Positions 53,758-64,000 are shown, counted from the stretch's first letter. The stretch: DNA of 64,000 nt from a virus (IMGVR_UViG_3300006139_000004:32001-96000), one strand, 5' to 3'. Notes: generated by a model not told the origin, from the sequence alone. Numbers and translations: made by a program.

Positions 53758-54859
53758 ATAATTTTCAATACATAACAGAAACCTATAAATCAAACTGTTT
53801 CATTGAGGCCGCTAAAGCAAAACTCTTTGGCGGCTCCAATGTAAAAATATATTTCTGCAAGCCAAGATTTCATAATGGCAAATTTCAAATGTGTCATTTT
53901 ATGTGGACTGATGGAGTGCATGATTATGATTTTTCGGATCACGAAGAAGATGAATTGCCGTGGTATAGGTGTTTTCTATTCGATGGTCAGATTAGACAGT
54001 TTGAGAAAGGTTTTGCTGAACGATATACAAAATATAGGAACAGAAAGAAGGTAAGACATGACGCTTGAAGATGCAATCCAGCATTGCTATGAATCCATTG
54101 ATCGCATGAAAGGTGATGGAACTTGCTTAGAGTGTATTGCTGAACATGAACAACTTGTTAAATGGCTCGAAGAATTAAATGAGCATCATATGATTCAAGT
54201 TGGCAAAGAAATATGTTGTCTGAGAAAGACCAACGATAGCTTTGAATTAGTGACAGCAGCCATTACCTCTGTACGTATTGGAAAGAATGGTATAACGGCG
54301 ACTACAAATAAGTTTAAAGGTACACTGGACGTAAATGAAATTATTTCAAATACAAAAATCTTATATAAAACTCCACGTATGATCCTTGTTCAAGAATTTT
54401 TCTTTGATGCTTATGGTCTGAAGGAAAAAGCACAGAGATGGATTGAAAATCGTGGTTGGGAATATCAGGAGGCATAATGAAAACAAATCATAAATTTTGT
54501 ATATGGCTCATTAGTATTGTCGTTGCTATAAGCATTTGCTGGCAATTACTTGAAGTGTTAATTTATGGTGAAATTCAACCAAGAATTGTTGATGATATTA
54601 TTGGCTTACTTTGGATTGGTGCAATATGTTTTGCTTATAAATTCAAAGAAATTGAATTGAAACGAATGTGGAAGAAATGTAAAGAAGTCCATATAAATAA
54701 TCCTTGGTGGTTAAGAAAACCTGTTCCTCCTGAAACTTATACTGAAGGATATATAAGTGATCGTATTTGGTTGCAATCTGAACGTGAACTTGGGAATAAA
54801 GGTGGATTTACCAAAACGTGATTGATGATAGGAATAAATTGTAAAGAGGTGATTGATTT

Positions 54860-55078
54860 ATAGATGAAGCAGTAGCATTATCACGTCAAATCCCATTTTG
54901 GGAGAAATACACTTTGTCGATTGATGAAGCAGCAGCTTATTTCAGAATTGGCAGAGACAAATTATACAAAATCGTTTCTGAAAATAAAGACGCAGATTTC
55001 ATTTTGTGGAATGGAACGAGAGCGCAAATTAAACGTAAGAAATTTGAAAACTACATTGATAAGTTAAATATCTTGTAA
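54860..55078 (+). CDS. xis: Tn916-type excisionase (probable ATA start; missed by the ORF track)
   Basis: IPFWEKYTLSIDEAAAYFRIGRDKL...IKRKKFENYID; GAGGTG RBS upstream. Confidence 0.85.
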   Translation: MDEAVALSRQIPFWEKYTLSIDEAAAYFRIGRDKLYKIVSENKDADFILWNGTRAQIKRKKFENYIDKLNIL

Positions 55079-55161
55079 TTTGCCTTGAATCAAGACTCTC
55101 GATGTGGTATAATTGAAGTAACCACATCAGGGTCTTTTTTCGGATAAGAAAGGAGTGTACA

Positions 55162-56448
55162 ATGTCCGAAAAAAGAACTGAAACAAAACGGCGTGATTCA
55201 AAAGGCAGAGTTTTAAGGAACGGTGAAACTCAACGATCTGATGGAATGTATATGTATCGCTTTAACGATGCAGGAGGTGTTAGACGTACAATTTATAGTT
55301 GGCGGCTTGTAGAAACTGATAAATTACCGCCACACAAACGGGCTTGTGAACCCTTGCGAGAGATTGAAAAACAACTTACACGTGATACGGATGATGGGAT
55401 TCAAAGTTTTGTAGCAAACAAGAAAACGCTTAATGACTTCTATGAAAAGTACATGAGCATGAAGAAAGAATTGAAACCCTCTACACGATTTACCTATGCA
55501 AACACTTATGACAACTGGATCAGAGATGAACTTGGTTTTCGTCCAATCGGTTCAATCAAGTACAGTGATATTAAGCAATTCTATCTTTCTTTGTATTTTG
55601 ATAAGGAAATGAAACCTAACACGATCCATGCTGTCAATACCATTTTACACCCTATTTTTACTCTGGCAGTACGTGATGGGTATATCAGGTCTAATCCAGC
55701 TTATCAAGTTTATGCGGAACTCAAAAAGCAGAATGGATGGGGACAGGATAAACGCCACGCATTGACAGAACAGCAGCAAGAAGTATTTGTCGATTTCCTT
55801 CGTAATTCATCCGTGTATCACAAATGGCTTGGGCTGATCACATTTTTACTTGGAACTGGTTGTCGTATAGGTGAGGCTATTGGCTTACGGTGGGAGGACT
55901 GTGACTTTCAAGAGAACATCATTTCTATTAATCACAGTGTTTCTTATACTGAAGTCGAAAAAGGTAAAGGACGCAGGTTCTATATATCTACTCCAAAAAC
56001 CGATGCTGGCACAAGAGACATTCCTATGTTCAAGGAAGTGAAACGTGCCTTGCTGAATGAACGTCTTAGACAAATGCAGACAGGATTCAGTCAGCAGGAA
56101 ATTGACGGTTACTCTGGCTTTGTTTTTGTCGGCAACAGGGGAACTATCCATCATCCTACCAGTATCAATCAAACTCTCAAGCGGATTATCAATGCCTATA
56201 ACACTATGGAAGTTGACCGGGCGAAAAAAGAAAGGCGAGAGCCTATTTTGCTCCCGCACTTTTCAGTCCACAATTTACGTCATACATTCTGCACACGCAT
56301 TTGCGAAAACGAAACTAACCTGAAGATCATTCAAGAAATCATGGGTCATGCCAATATTTCTACTACGATGGATGTATACAACGAAGCCACTATGGAGCAG
56401 AAGAAAAAGTGTTTTGCCAACCTTGAAGGCAAGATTAAGATTGGTTGA
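55162..56448 (+). CDS. int: tyrosine integrase, Tn916-like
   Basis: RRDSKGRVL arm-binding domain, TGCRIGE, KT, HNLRHT, MGH, Y. Confidence 0.95.
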   Translation: MSEKRTETKRRDSKGRVLRNGETQRSDGMYMYRFNDAGGVRRTIYSWRLVETDKLPPHKRACEPLREIEKQLTRDTDDGIQSFVANKKTLNDFYEKYMSMKKELKPSTRFTYANTYDNWIRDELGFRPIGSIKYSDIKQFYLSLYFDKEMKPNTIHAVNTILHPIFTLAVRDGYIRSNPAYQVYAELKKQNGWGQDKRHALTEQQQEVFVDFLRNSSVYHKWLGLITFLLGTGCRIGEAIGLRWEDCDFQENIISINHSVSYTEVEKGKGRRFYISTPKTDAGTRDIPMFKEVKRALLNERLRQMQTGFSQQEIDGYSGFVFVGNRGTIHHPTSINQTLKRIINAYNTMEVDRAKKERREPILLPHFSVHNLRHTFCTRICENETNLKIIQEIMGHANISTTMDVYNEATMEQKKKCFANLEGKIKIG

Positions 56449-56760
56449 ATTTACACCAAAACCTACACCATTTCAACCTAATTTCTCAGGACGATGTAGG
56501 ACATGGTAGGAGAATAAAATGTTTCTTCAACCAAAATCACAAAAATGCCTACAAAATAGGGCTGTTTAGAAACTTATCGGCAGTTATAGAACGGCAAAGA
56601 ATATCTTCTTAAATCTGGAAGATATGCAAACGATTTTCCAAAACGGGCTTGAAGTATTACAATAATCGTAGAAAACAGCACAAAACAAGGCAATTTAGGA
56701 CAATGACAGTTCAAATGCCAGATATGACATTTTGAATCTTACACCAGTTTTACACCAAAT
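56449..56760. other. attP region candidate
   Basis: Paired TACACCA direct repeats at ~56452/56464 and ~56740/56751 flank a non-coding core right after int. Confidence 0.65.
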
Positions 56761-56809
56761 GAAAAAAGACTCGATGTGGTTTTCAAATTTCTTACTATCC
56801 GTAAAAAAA

Positions 56810-56840
56810 TAGGGGTACAGGCTATAAACCTGTACCCCTA
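56810..56840. terminator. bidirectional intrinsic terminator
   Basis: TAGGGGTACAGG-CTATAAA-CCTGTACCCCTA with A/T tails. Confidence 0.85.
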
Positions 56841-56847
56841 AATTTAT

Positions 56848-57327
56848 TTAAATCAAGAAATCTTCGTCTTTTTCATGTTGCTCATAAACACGCTTAATAT
56901 TTGCGATTGCCATTACTGCCCGGTTATTTTTATAACCCGGATGACTTTCACAAAAATCTTCATATTCATCAATATCATGTAACACATCTACAAAATATTC
57001 ATGTGTATAACAATCGTCACCTTTCATAAGATCAGCATTAAAACGCAAAATACGCTGCCTATGTAAATTTGCATCACGCTCATCGTCTACACGGATATGC
57101 TCATCCAACCGTTTACGTGTCTCATGTTGCCCTTTTTCTAAAGTATCCAACTTCTTTAAAACATCCCCATTAAAGATACGTCCGATCCAACGACCAAAAG
57201 CAGACCACGGATTTACCTTAATTGGTGTTACCTCAATCAACGTCATAGCAATAGCCACAATAGCAAGAAGTGTGCCAGTATTTTCAGACAACAACTCCTT
57301 GATTTCCATAAGGCTCATTCTACACAC
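56848..57327 (-). CDS. membrane-anchored lysis-module protein
   Basis: N-terminal TM, PIKVNPW motif. Confidence 0.55.
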   Translation of the reverse strand: MCRMSLMEIKELLSENTGTLLAIVAIAMTLIEVTPIKVNPWSAFGRWIGRIFNGDVLKKLDTLEKGQHETRKRLDEHIRVDDERDANLHRQRILRFNADLMKGDDCYTHEYFVDVLHDIDEYEDFCESHPGYKNNRAVMAIANIKRVYEQHEKDEDFLI

Positions 57328-57354
57328 CTCCTGTCATTATGTTTGTATCCATTG

Positions 57355-57687
57355 TTATTTCACTTTAGTTTCAGAAACTTTTGGAGTATTAATTACCTTG
57401 CTCATATCGCAAAGACTATCAATCAAGGCTCCAACTTCATCCATGTTTACATCATAATTGATTGTATCAGCAGAAGATTTGACCATTGCCAAAACCCATT
57501 CCTTTTTGTCTGCACCTTTTTCAAGTTTGGATTCTGCCGTCTGCATCAAGTCAATTACCATAGCCACTAACTTATTCCAATTCTTTTCCTTTGTGGCCTT
57601 TTGAACATATTCAATCAACTTAATAACCAGAGGAATGACCGCTGCAAGACCAGCCAAAATCGAAACAATGTATTGCATATATTCCAT
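57355..57687 (-). CDS. putative holin
   Basis: single N-terminal TM, AE...GADKKEWV pattern, next to lysins. Confidence 0.65.
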   Translation of the reverse strand: MEYMQYIVSILAGLAAVIPLVIKLIEYVQKATKEKNWNKLVAMVIDLMQTAESKLEKGADKKEWVLAMVKSSADTINYDVNMDEVGALIDSLCDMSKVINTPKVSETKVK

Positions 57688-57698
57688 ACGTTACCTCC

Positions 57699-58043
57699 TT
57701 AAATTCCCGGACTATCATCCGATCCAGTTTGAATAAATCCATTCGCTTTTGCTGCGGCATATTTAATTCCTTCACCATCTGCGCTTGAATTTTCAATCGT
57801 ACTTTTCCGTACAATTTGACTCAATACAATACTGGCGGCTGTGCCAATAGGAGTAAATACAATAGTCCAACAAGCCAGTGCGCCAGCATAATTATATTGA
57901 ATACTTTTTAAAGCAAGATAAAAGCCGCCAGCCAAGCCAGCAGCAAGAAAAATCATAATGTAAAGAGCAAGACGATTAGTAAACCCAAGATGTATGAGAT
58001 GGTAAAAAAGACCTTTTCGCCTTTTCAAATGCTTTCCACCCAT
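57699..58043 (-). CDS. two-TM membrane protein (holin-like)
   Basis: two hydrophobic segments. Confidence 0.55.
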   Translation of the reverse strand: MGGKHLKRRKGLFYHLIHLGFTNRLALYIMIFLAAGLAGGFYLALKSIQYNYAGALACWTIVFTPIGTAASIVLSQIVRKSTIENSSADGEGIKYAAAKANGFIQTGSDDSPGI

Positions 58044-58058
58044 ACAATCACCTCATTT

Positions 58059-59132
58059 TTATGCCTTACCCATCATCTGAGCAAACCGATAAAGAACAGT
58101 AACAAACTGTTCACGTGTCAAAATATCAGCCCACATATAATTAGGTTCACCATTAATCTGTGTACCATTACCAGCAATCAAGCCAGTGCTTGTCGCCCAT
58201 TCACGTGCAGCTTTGCTATATGCGCTACTGTCATTATCCTGAAGTTCTTTTCGCATCTGATTCCAAAACTCTTTAAACTTTGCCAAATCCATATCATCAT
58301 CCTCCTGCATAATATTATCAGAAATTTTTTCTACCCATTGAAGCGAAACCCAGCCAGCACCAGTAAAACCCCAACCATTCTTTTCTTGAGTAATAGTCAA
58401 AATTGCTCCATTGGGATATGCCATCAAAATTGTTCCATTAGGTTCATCACGGCAATTTAGTCCATCATCTGCAATCACTTTAGATTGATAATTAACCGTT
58501 TTACCCTGATCTAAAATTGCACTACCACCACCATTAAGAATTGTTTGAACTTCTTTACGTAAAGCGTCCATACTCTTTCCATGTTTAGGCCACCATTGAC
58601 CAACATCACTATGGTTAGAGCCATATCCGGCTTTATAAGACTCGGCATGGTCGCTAATACCAGAAACAGGATAGCCAAATTTCTTTACCATATAAACATT
58701 CCAAGCAACAACCATTTTCCACATACGATCAAAAAACTGCTGGTTTTTTGCAACATCATAACCAATCATCGTACCACCAGCATATGTATGACCCGCTGGT
58801 TCACAAATTTCCCATTGGACTTTTGAATTATTCCAAGAACCTTTACTTCCAGCACCACAGCCCCAAGGACGGCTATTATATTTTAGGGTCAAAAGAATTC
58901 GTCCCTCTCCTTTATGAAAATCTCCTAAAATAGCATTTACACCCCAACCACAAGATTCTTTATTCATTAACTTATAGAACACATCTACATTTGGTTGAGC
59001 GCAACCAACAGAATGATTAACAGAACCCTTTGGGTTAATTGTACGACCACAAGTATAAGCACCATTTTCTGTTGCATATCGTACTTCTAAGTGACTTTCT
59101 ACATAATTAATACATTCTTGTACTGTCATCAT
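58059..59132 (-). CDS. N-acetylmuramoyl-L-alanine amidase endolysin with SH3b and SLH-like C-terminus
   Basis: HSVGCAQP, WEICEP, DHAE, SNHSDV; GLNCR..P...GWVSL; TREQFVTVLYR. Confidence 0.85.
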   Translation of the reverse strand: MMTVQECINYVESHLEVRYATENGAYTCGRTINPKGSVNHSVGCAQPNVDVFYKLMNKESCGWGVNAILGDFHKGEGRILLTLKYNSRPWGCGAGSKGSWNNSKVQWEICEPAGHTYAGGTMIGYDVAKNQQFFDRMWKMVVAWNVYMVKKFGYPVSGISDHAESYKAGYGSNHSDVGQWWPKHGKSMDALRKEVQTILNGGGSAILDQGKTVNYQSKVIADDGLNCRDEPNGTILMAYPNGAILTITQEKNGWGFTGAGWVSLQWVEKISDNIMQEDDDMDLAKFKEFWNQMRKELQDNDSSAYSKAAREWATSTGLIAGNGTQINGEPNYMWADILTREQFVTVLYRFAQMMGKA

Positions 59133-59134
59133 AA

Positions 59135-59416
59135 TTAGTTCACCTCAATATACTCTCTGCCCCAATAAGGCTCACCTTCATCCGGCGTTTTCAATACAGC
59201 ATACCAAGCCTTTCCACCGTCTTTACGAAAACGTGGATCAACAGTTTTTGCACAAAAACCAAACCCGCTTTCATCTTCTTGAGCATCTACACGGCACAAT
59301 GCTTTATTGCACTCATAATTTTTCGCAGGATCACATTCATAGAATACAACCTTCTCACCAGTCGCACTATCAACAAGATAATTTCCATTTGACACAATAT
59401 TGTTTAAATTAATCAT
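59135..59416 (-). CDS. hypothetical protein
   Basis: ORF with RBS between the lysins. Confidence 0.55.
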   Translation of the reverse strand: MINLNNIVSNGNYLVDSATGEKVVFYECDPAKNYECNKALCRVDAQEDESGFGFCAKTVDPRFRKDGGKAWYAVLKTPDEGEPYWGREYIEVN

Positions 59417-59428
59417 AATTTCACTCCT

Positions 59429-60187
59429 TTAAAGCATCTGTGCAAAACGATACATTACAGTGACAAACTGTTCTCTTGTAAGAATATCGCCCCACATATA
59501 GTTAGGTTCACCATTAACAATGGTTCCATTACCAGCAATAAGACCTTTCTCAACGGCCCATTTTCTTGCTTCTAAACTATAATCATTACTATCATTATCT
59601 TGAAGTTCTTTTCGCATCTCATAAAAAAGAGCAGTAAAATCAGCTAATGTAAATTCTTCTTTTTCTTTTTGAGATTTTGCAAATTTGTCATAATAACCCT
59701 GTCCGTAATTGGCACGTTTATTCTGAGTTGCTTTTTCATTCATGCTTGCTGGTTTTTCAAATTGCAACAAGATTAAATTACTTGCTTCAACTACAGATTC
59801 ACAATTTTTCAAAATATTTAATAAGCCATATTGTTTTAATTCGATCATCAAATATTCAAGTTGAGTTTCCAGATCACCAATAGACTTATGCTTAGATTTT
59901 GTATACTTTAAAAAGCCCTCCTTACGTGACCAATAAGTAAGTTGCCATAAGCCATATCCAGCCGAATCATGAACAAAATTTGTATAAGAACCATTGTCAA
60001 CAGCAGCCGTATATTCTAAATCCGTCATATGCAATGTTTTTTCATAAGAGTTTTGTAAATTTGTAGGAATTAACCCACTCTCTGCATATAAATTACCCAT
60101 CAGACCAGCAGCACCAGCATCGGTAAATCCCGCAGCTTTCAAGAAGTTATAAATTTTTTCCTCTACCGTTTTACCAACTAACGCCAT
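59429..60187 (-). CDS. phage-tail-lysozyme-family muramidase with SLH-like C-terminus
   Basis: AGLMGNLYAESGL, GYGLWQLT..SRK, QLEYL, FEKPA. Confidence 0.85.
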   Translation of the reverse strand: MALVGKTVEEKIYNFLKAAGFTDAGAAGLMGNLYAESGLIPTNLQNSYEKTLHMTDLEYTAAVDNGSYTNFVHDSAGYGLWQLTYWSRKEGFLKYTKSKHKSIGDLETQLEYLMIELKQYGLLNILKNCESVVEASNLILLQFEKPASMNEKATQNKRANYGQGYYDKFAKSQKEKEEFTLADFTALFYEMRKELQDNDSNDYSLEARKWAVEKGLIAGNGTIVNGEPNYMWGDILTREQFVTVMYRFAQML

Positions 60188-60198
60188 AGTCCACCTCC

Positions 60199-61221
60199 TT
60201 ACAGATCAGACAAACTACTTTGTTTCTGTCCAATAACCTCACCATCTTTAAAATACTTTCCAAATTCCTCATCTGCATCAATATCTTTATAAACATTGAC
60301 CATATCCGCAGAATCCCAACCAATAAGAGATTGAATAACAGAATCAGGAATATTGGCTCTTGCTAATTCTGAAGTCATAAAATGCCGTAGAGAATGAAGA
60401 TACACGTCTGTACCCATAATCTTGGAATAAGTTCTGGCGAAACTATTCATGCGAGAAATAGTAATCGGCTGTGTCCTATCATGAACATCAGTAAAAAGCC
60501 ATTCGCTTTCAATCCCACGTTTTTGACGATCAGCAAGCCAGAGATCAAGATATGGCTTAAATGGTTTATACAACACGTAGCAAATCAACTGTTTGCCATT
60601 TCGCCCACGCCCTTTTGTCTTAATCTTCTCTGGAGTTTTGTATAAAGAGCCATAGATAATATTCTCGTCATCAAAGTAAAACACTTTAAAACGTGCAAGT
60701 TCAGCCTTACGCCGACCAGAATATGCCGCCAACGCAAGAAAACAAGCCTGTTCATATTTCTTGTGTTCAACAAGATAATCAAGGCATGATTGCACTTGCT
60801 CTTTTGTTAGAATAGTCTTTTCCCGAACAGGTTCATTAACTGGATTTTCAATTTTACGAACAACAGAACGGAAATTCGGATATTCGTCATCCAGAATATT
60901 TTCGATAAAATTAGAAATTGAAGATAATGCAGCTTTCAAATGTCGTACTCTGCTTGCCGAACATCCTTGCTGTAAGGCATAATTTTGAAACATCATAATG
61001 TCTCTCTTATTAACCTCAGTAAAAAATTTATTCTTTGCATTATCAACAACCCAACAGAAGAAGATGAGCAAATCATTCTCATATACATTAATTGTTAATT
61101 CTGACCTATCTACTGAACGAAGATATGTCATAAAATCATTTAACAACTGAATGTTTTCAGGGTTAATCTGCTCAATCTTTTCAGGTGTTGTTTCAAGACA
61201 TTGATTAGTTTTCCTCCCCAT
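60199..61221 (-). CDS. second tyrosine recombinase (XerC/D-like)
   Basis: SGRRKAEL, KTKG, HSLRH, IGW, Y. Confidence 0.88.
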   Translation of the reverse strand: MGRKTNQCLETTPEKIEQINPENIQLLNDFMTYLRSVDRSELTINVYENDLLIFFCWVVDNAKNKFFTEVNKRDIMMFQNYALQQGCSASRVRHLKAALSSISNFIENILDDEYPNFRSVVRKIENPVNEPVREKTILTKEQVQSCLDYLVEHKKYEQACFLALAAYSGRRKAELARFKVFYFDDENIIYGSLYKTPEKIKTKGRGRNGKQLICYVLYKPFKPYLDLWLADRQKRGIESEWLFTDVHDRTQPITISRMNSFARTYSKIMGTDVYLHSLRHFMTSELARANIPDSVIQSLIGWDSADMVNVYKDIDADEEFGKYFKDGEVIGQKQSSLSDL

Positions 61222-61280
61222 TGAAATGTCTCCCTTCTGTTCTTATAAGCAAAGGGCTGTGCCAATTCAGCACAACCCTT

Positions 61281-61703
61281 TCAAATCAACTGGTAATGAG
61301 GTTTCTCTTCATTAAATAACCAATAGCGCAAGTAATCATCAATTACAATAGCTATTACAGATAACGCCACCCATGCAAAAAAGAATGGAAGGCATATTTG
61401 TCCCCATAAATTAAGCGGCATATTTGAATAATCCCAAATGCCAAGTTTAAGCCAGACATTCAAAATCAGGCCAGCAATCAGTTCAACACACGTAACAATG
61501 CTTGCTCCAGTAAACGCCTGTTGAACCATACCAAGTTCCCACGGTAAGTATTCATTGATTGCGCCAATTAAAACAAAGCAAATACCTCCTACAAGAGCCA
61601 TCGTCCAATGACTATGACCACGCCATAGCATCTCAATACCAAAATAGGTAGTGCCACCAATTAACAGTAACACTACCATTTTAATAACATTTTTGATTTT
61701 CAT
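61281..61703 (-). CDS. membrane protein (putative ABC-transporter-permease-like family common in phages)
   Basis: WRGHSHWTM..GG, WDYS..P.N..GQIC. Confidence 0.7.
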   Translation of the reverse strand: MKIKNVIKMVVLLLIGGTTYFGIEMLWRGHSHWTMALVGGICFVLIGAINEYLPWELGMVQQAFTGASIVTCVELIAGLILNVWLKLGIWDYSNMPLNLWGQICLPFFFAWVALSVIAIVIDDYLRYWLFNEEKPHYQLI

Positions 61704-62110
61704 TTCACACCAACCAGCTTTGCAATATACTGGAGATCGAGTAAAGGCGCATTATAAAAATCGTAATTCCAAAGCCAATGATCTGCAAAATCAGGACGCT
61801 TATATTTTTGGCACACAGGATCGTTCCAAACTTTATCCCATCTATCTTGATATGTAGGATCATATTCTTTTCGATCCAAACGCTTTATAATAGCTTGTGT
61901 CAAACGACCTCTTTCAAGACCATTACCATCATCGTTTTGCGAAAAATAATCAAAAGCATCTTGGCTTGTAACATAGCAAATAGTTCCCTTATCACAAGTA
62001 ATGTGTCTATCTACAACTGAACATTCAGTTCCATAAGGAAGATTCACATTACCACATTGAGCCAATTTCTTATATCGCATTGTTACAACGTATTTGTTAT
62101 AAATCTGCAT
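61700..62110 (-). CDS. hypothetical protein
   Basis: ORF in late operon. Confidence 0.6.
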   Translation of the reverse strand: MQIYNKYVVTMRYKKLAQCGNVNLPYGTECSVVDRHITCDKGTICYVTSQDAFDYFSQNDDGNGLERGRLTQAIIKRLDRKEYDPTYQDRWDKVWNDPVCQKYKRPDFADHWLWNYDFYNAPLLDLQYIAKLVGVK

Positions 62111-62132
62111 TTAAACAATCTCCTTTTTATTT

Positions 62133-62756
62133 TTAATCAAGCACTTCTACGGAACCGCCAGAAAGAGTAGTAAGAATCTTTTGAATCTGTGCTTGTGCAG
62201 CAGCAATATTGCTTTGCATCAAAGCATTCAAATCTTCAGGCAATTCCATACCATAAACAATACCAGCCAAATCATTAATATCGGTTGTCCGATTTACCAA
62301 AACACGAAGCATATTGTTATATGTAGTGTGATAGGTAATCATAGACTGAGCAGCAACATAAATTGCCACAATATCAGACTTGCTATATGTGGTACATTCT
62401 TTGCCATCGGCATGATACGGATATTCCTCCACACCAGCCATCACAGAATAAAACATATTGGTAATGTTATTCTGATCGTAGCTATCCAAAGAGAAATGTT
62501 CGGTAGTATTGCCGCTGTTAGATGTGGTTACATCAACGCCAGCTTCGATTGCGCCATTGCAATAATTACGCATTTCATTCAACTTAGCTGTCCGCAGCAA
62601 ATTCATCATCTCATCTGTTGCAGGATTATTTTCGTCAACAGGAAAGACGGTCAGATAATCAGCAACAGTAATCTTGCAATTTGTCAGTAATTCATCCACT
62701 TGTTCTTTGCACCACAAAGCAGGATAGTATTTCTGAACCATTTCTAAAGCTGTCAT
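62133..62756 (-). CDS. tail-fibre-associated protein (XkdX-like N-terminus, DUF4376-like domain)
   Basis: KYYPALW..V..L....KIT..DY; HFSL..DQ.N; YHADG..C. Confidence 0.55.
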   Translation of the reverse strand: MTALEMVQKYYPALWCKEQVDELLTNCKITVADYLTVFPVDENNPATDEMMNLLRTAKLNEMRNYCNGAIEAGVDVTTSNSGNTTEHFSLDSYDQNNITNMFYSVMAGVEEYPYHADGKECTTYSKSDIVAIYVAAQSMITYHTTYNNMLRVLVNRTTDINDLAGIVYGMELPEDLNALMQSNIAAAQAQIQKILTTLSGGSVEVLD

Positions 62757-62768
62757 ATTCCATCCTCC

Positions 62769-63029
62769 TTAAACCAAATTTGCCATAACTCTCATATAGT
62801 CAAGTTCAGCAGTACGCTCTACTTCACTATCTAATTCAAAAACGGCGACTTGCTCACAATCTGCATAAGCCTCCGAATTAGAAATAGAATAAACAACGCC
62901 ACCAGCTACAATGGCCTCTGCCTCGCTTTTGGGGCATTCAATATTGGTATTAGTTTCTGTCACTTTGCGTACAAAAACTACTTTCTGGAATACACCAATT
63001 AATTTATCGCCAGACATTAACTTATACAT
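62769..63029 (-). CDS. hypothetical protein
   Basis: ORF overlapping the RT stop. Confidence 0.55.
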   Translation of the reverse strand: MYKLMSGDKLIGVFQKVVFVRKVTETNTNIECPKSEAEAIVAGGVVYSISNSEAYADCEQVAVFELDSEVERTAELDYMRVMANLV

Positions 63030-64000
63030 TCGTCACCCTCCTTATCATAAAAATTTTCACGAATTTCTCTTAACAAAGAAAATGTTTCGGAATTTTTACT
63101 TCTATTTTTCATACGATAGTCCCAACGGTTAATTAACGGTACAAAACCATCCATATACCGTTGATAACGTGTACGATCCAGTTCATCCATTTTAGCTTCC
63201 CATTCTTTTGGAGAAGTATAATAGAACCATCCAATCTCATAATTCCATCTTGCTTCTAATGTGCATTTGAACTTTTTATCCCATTCAGCAAGTTCTTTTT
63301 CAAATAGGCCAACAAAATGTATGTCCATTGCATGAACAGTCTTAAAACTATCGCATCTGGCAGCGTGTGATCTCCACGATTGATATGAAATAAACACATC
63401 CTCTGGATTCATTTTACCTATATCAACCCATTCACGAAAGATTTTAAGTTTGCGCCGAATCGCCTTAATACTATTGCGGCTTAATTTCATAACCACTTTT
63501 CCAGTTGGTTCAAGGCGAACACGCATTTTCAAGAACTTAAAACTATGATTTTTGAATGGAGTAATAACGCATTTCTTTTCATTCATCTCAATTCCCAATT
63601 CTTCTGACAATTCAAATAAAGAATCACGTAATTCAGTTAAGAACTCAAGAGAATTACTTATTACATATCCATCATCCATGTATCTTGCATATCCACGAAC
63701 ACCAAGTTTGTCTTTCACATAATGATCAATCGGACTTGCAAAATCTAAAGCGATATTTTGAGATACTTGGCTTCCTAAACCTAATCCACGTGGATCGTCT
63801 GGATTATGTTCAACTCCGCCCATAGTTAAGAAATCGTCTATAAGCTGACAACCGATTTCCTGCAACTTTGGATCATGAATATGTTTTCGCAAACGCTCTT
63901 TGGCTTTGTCATGAGGAATAGAAGCAAAATAACCATGAAAATCAAATTGAAATATACCACCTTCCAAACCATATTTACGATAATGTTCCCGCAAGAATTG
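63017..64000 (-). CDS. reverse transcriptase of DGR type (5' part beyond window)
   Basis: DFHGYFASIPH, GLGLGSQVSQ (SQ signature of DGR RTs), YARYMDD, FKFLK. Confidence 0.9.
   Translation of the reverse strand, partial: QFLREHYRKYGLEGGIFQFDFHGYFASIPHDKAKERLRKHIHDPKLQEIGCQLIDDFLTMGGVEHNPDDPRGLGLGSQVSQNIALDFASPIDHYVKDKLGVRGYARYMDDGYVISNSLEFLTELRDSLFELSEELGIEMNEKKCVITPFKNHSFKFLKMRVRLEPTGKVVMKLSRNSIKAIRRKLKIFREWVDIGKMNPEDVFISYQSWRSHAARCDSFKTVHAMDIHFVGLFEKELAEWDKKFKCTLEARWNYEIGWFYYTSPKEWEAKMDELDRTRYQRYMDGFVPLINRWDYRMKNRSKNSETFSLLREIRENFYDKEGDECIS

Noticed and set aside
61700-64000. DGR template repeat or avd gene within the window
   Set aside because: No AAC-rich copy of the VR found by eye; expected upstream of the RT, beyond position 64000.
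63017-64000. Group II intron or retron RT
   Set aside because: The LGSQVSQ motif and tail-module context fit DGR RTs; no intron domain V/VI or retron VTG motif noticed.

Overview
A 64-kb AT-rich segment of a large temperate Bacillota (Clostridia-type) phage with SPbeta-like organisation. Positions 1-56.4 kb are mostly + strand early/middle genes. They include RNA repair/tRNA-maturation enzymes, tRNAs, an ImmA/ImmR-like switch, an MrpR-like degenerate recombinase, a DNA-modification cluster, a replisome (helicase, primase, DnaE, LigA), nucleotide metabolism (ThyX, NrdDG, dUTPase), a PARP plus macrodomain pair, and Tn916-like Xis/Int followed by an apparently intact attP. Positions 56.8-64 kb are - strand late genes: holins, two lysins, a second recombinase, tail-associated genes and a DGR-type reverse transcriptase cut by the window end. 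The most unusual region is a non-coding RNA cassette at 13.58-15.01 kb. It holds an anticodon-less tRNA mimic, a 212-aa helical protein, a ~400-nt structured RNA presenting ~12 heptamer repeats in one loop, and a ~240-nt RNA that reproduces both loops of the 23S rRNA L11-binding/GTPase-associated centre inside a 30-bp stem. Other highlights: G7-G10 tracts (always followed by CA) in all four DNA methyltransferase genes and both PAPS-reductase-family genes, four of them currently out of frame; a remote DGR variable region ~47 kb from the RT; and a 17-bp asymmetric motif seen 15 times. All calls come from reading the sequence by eye; no database searches or folding programs were run.
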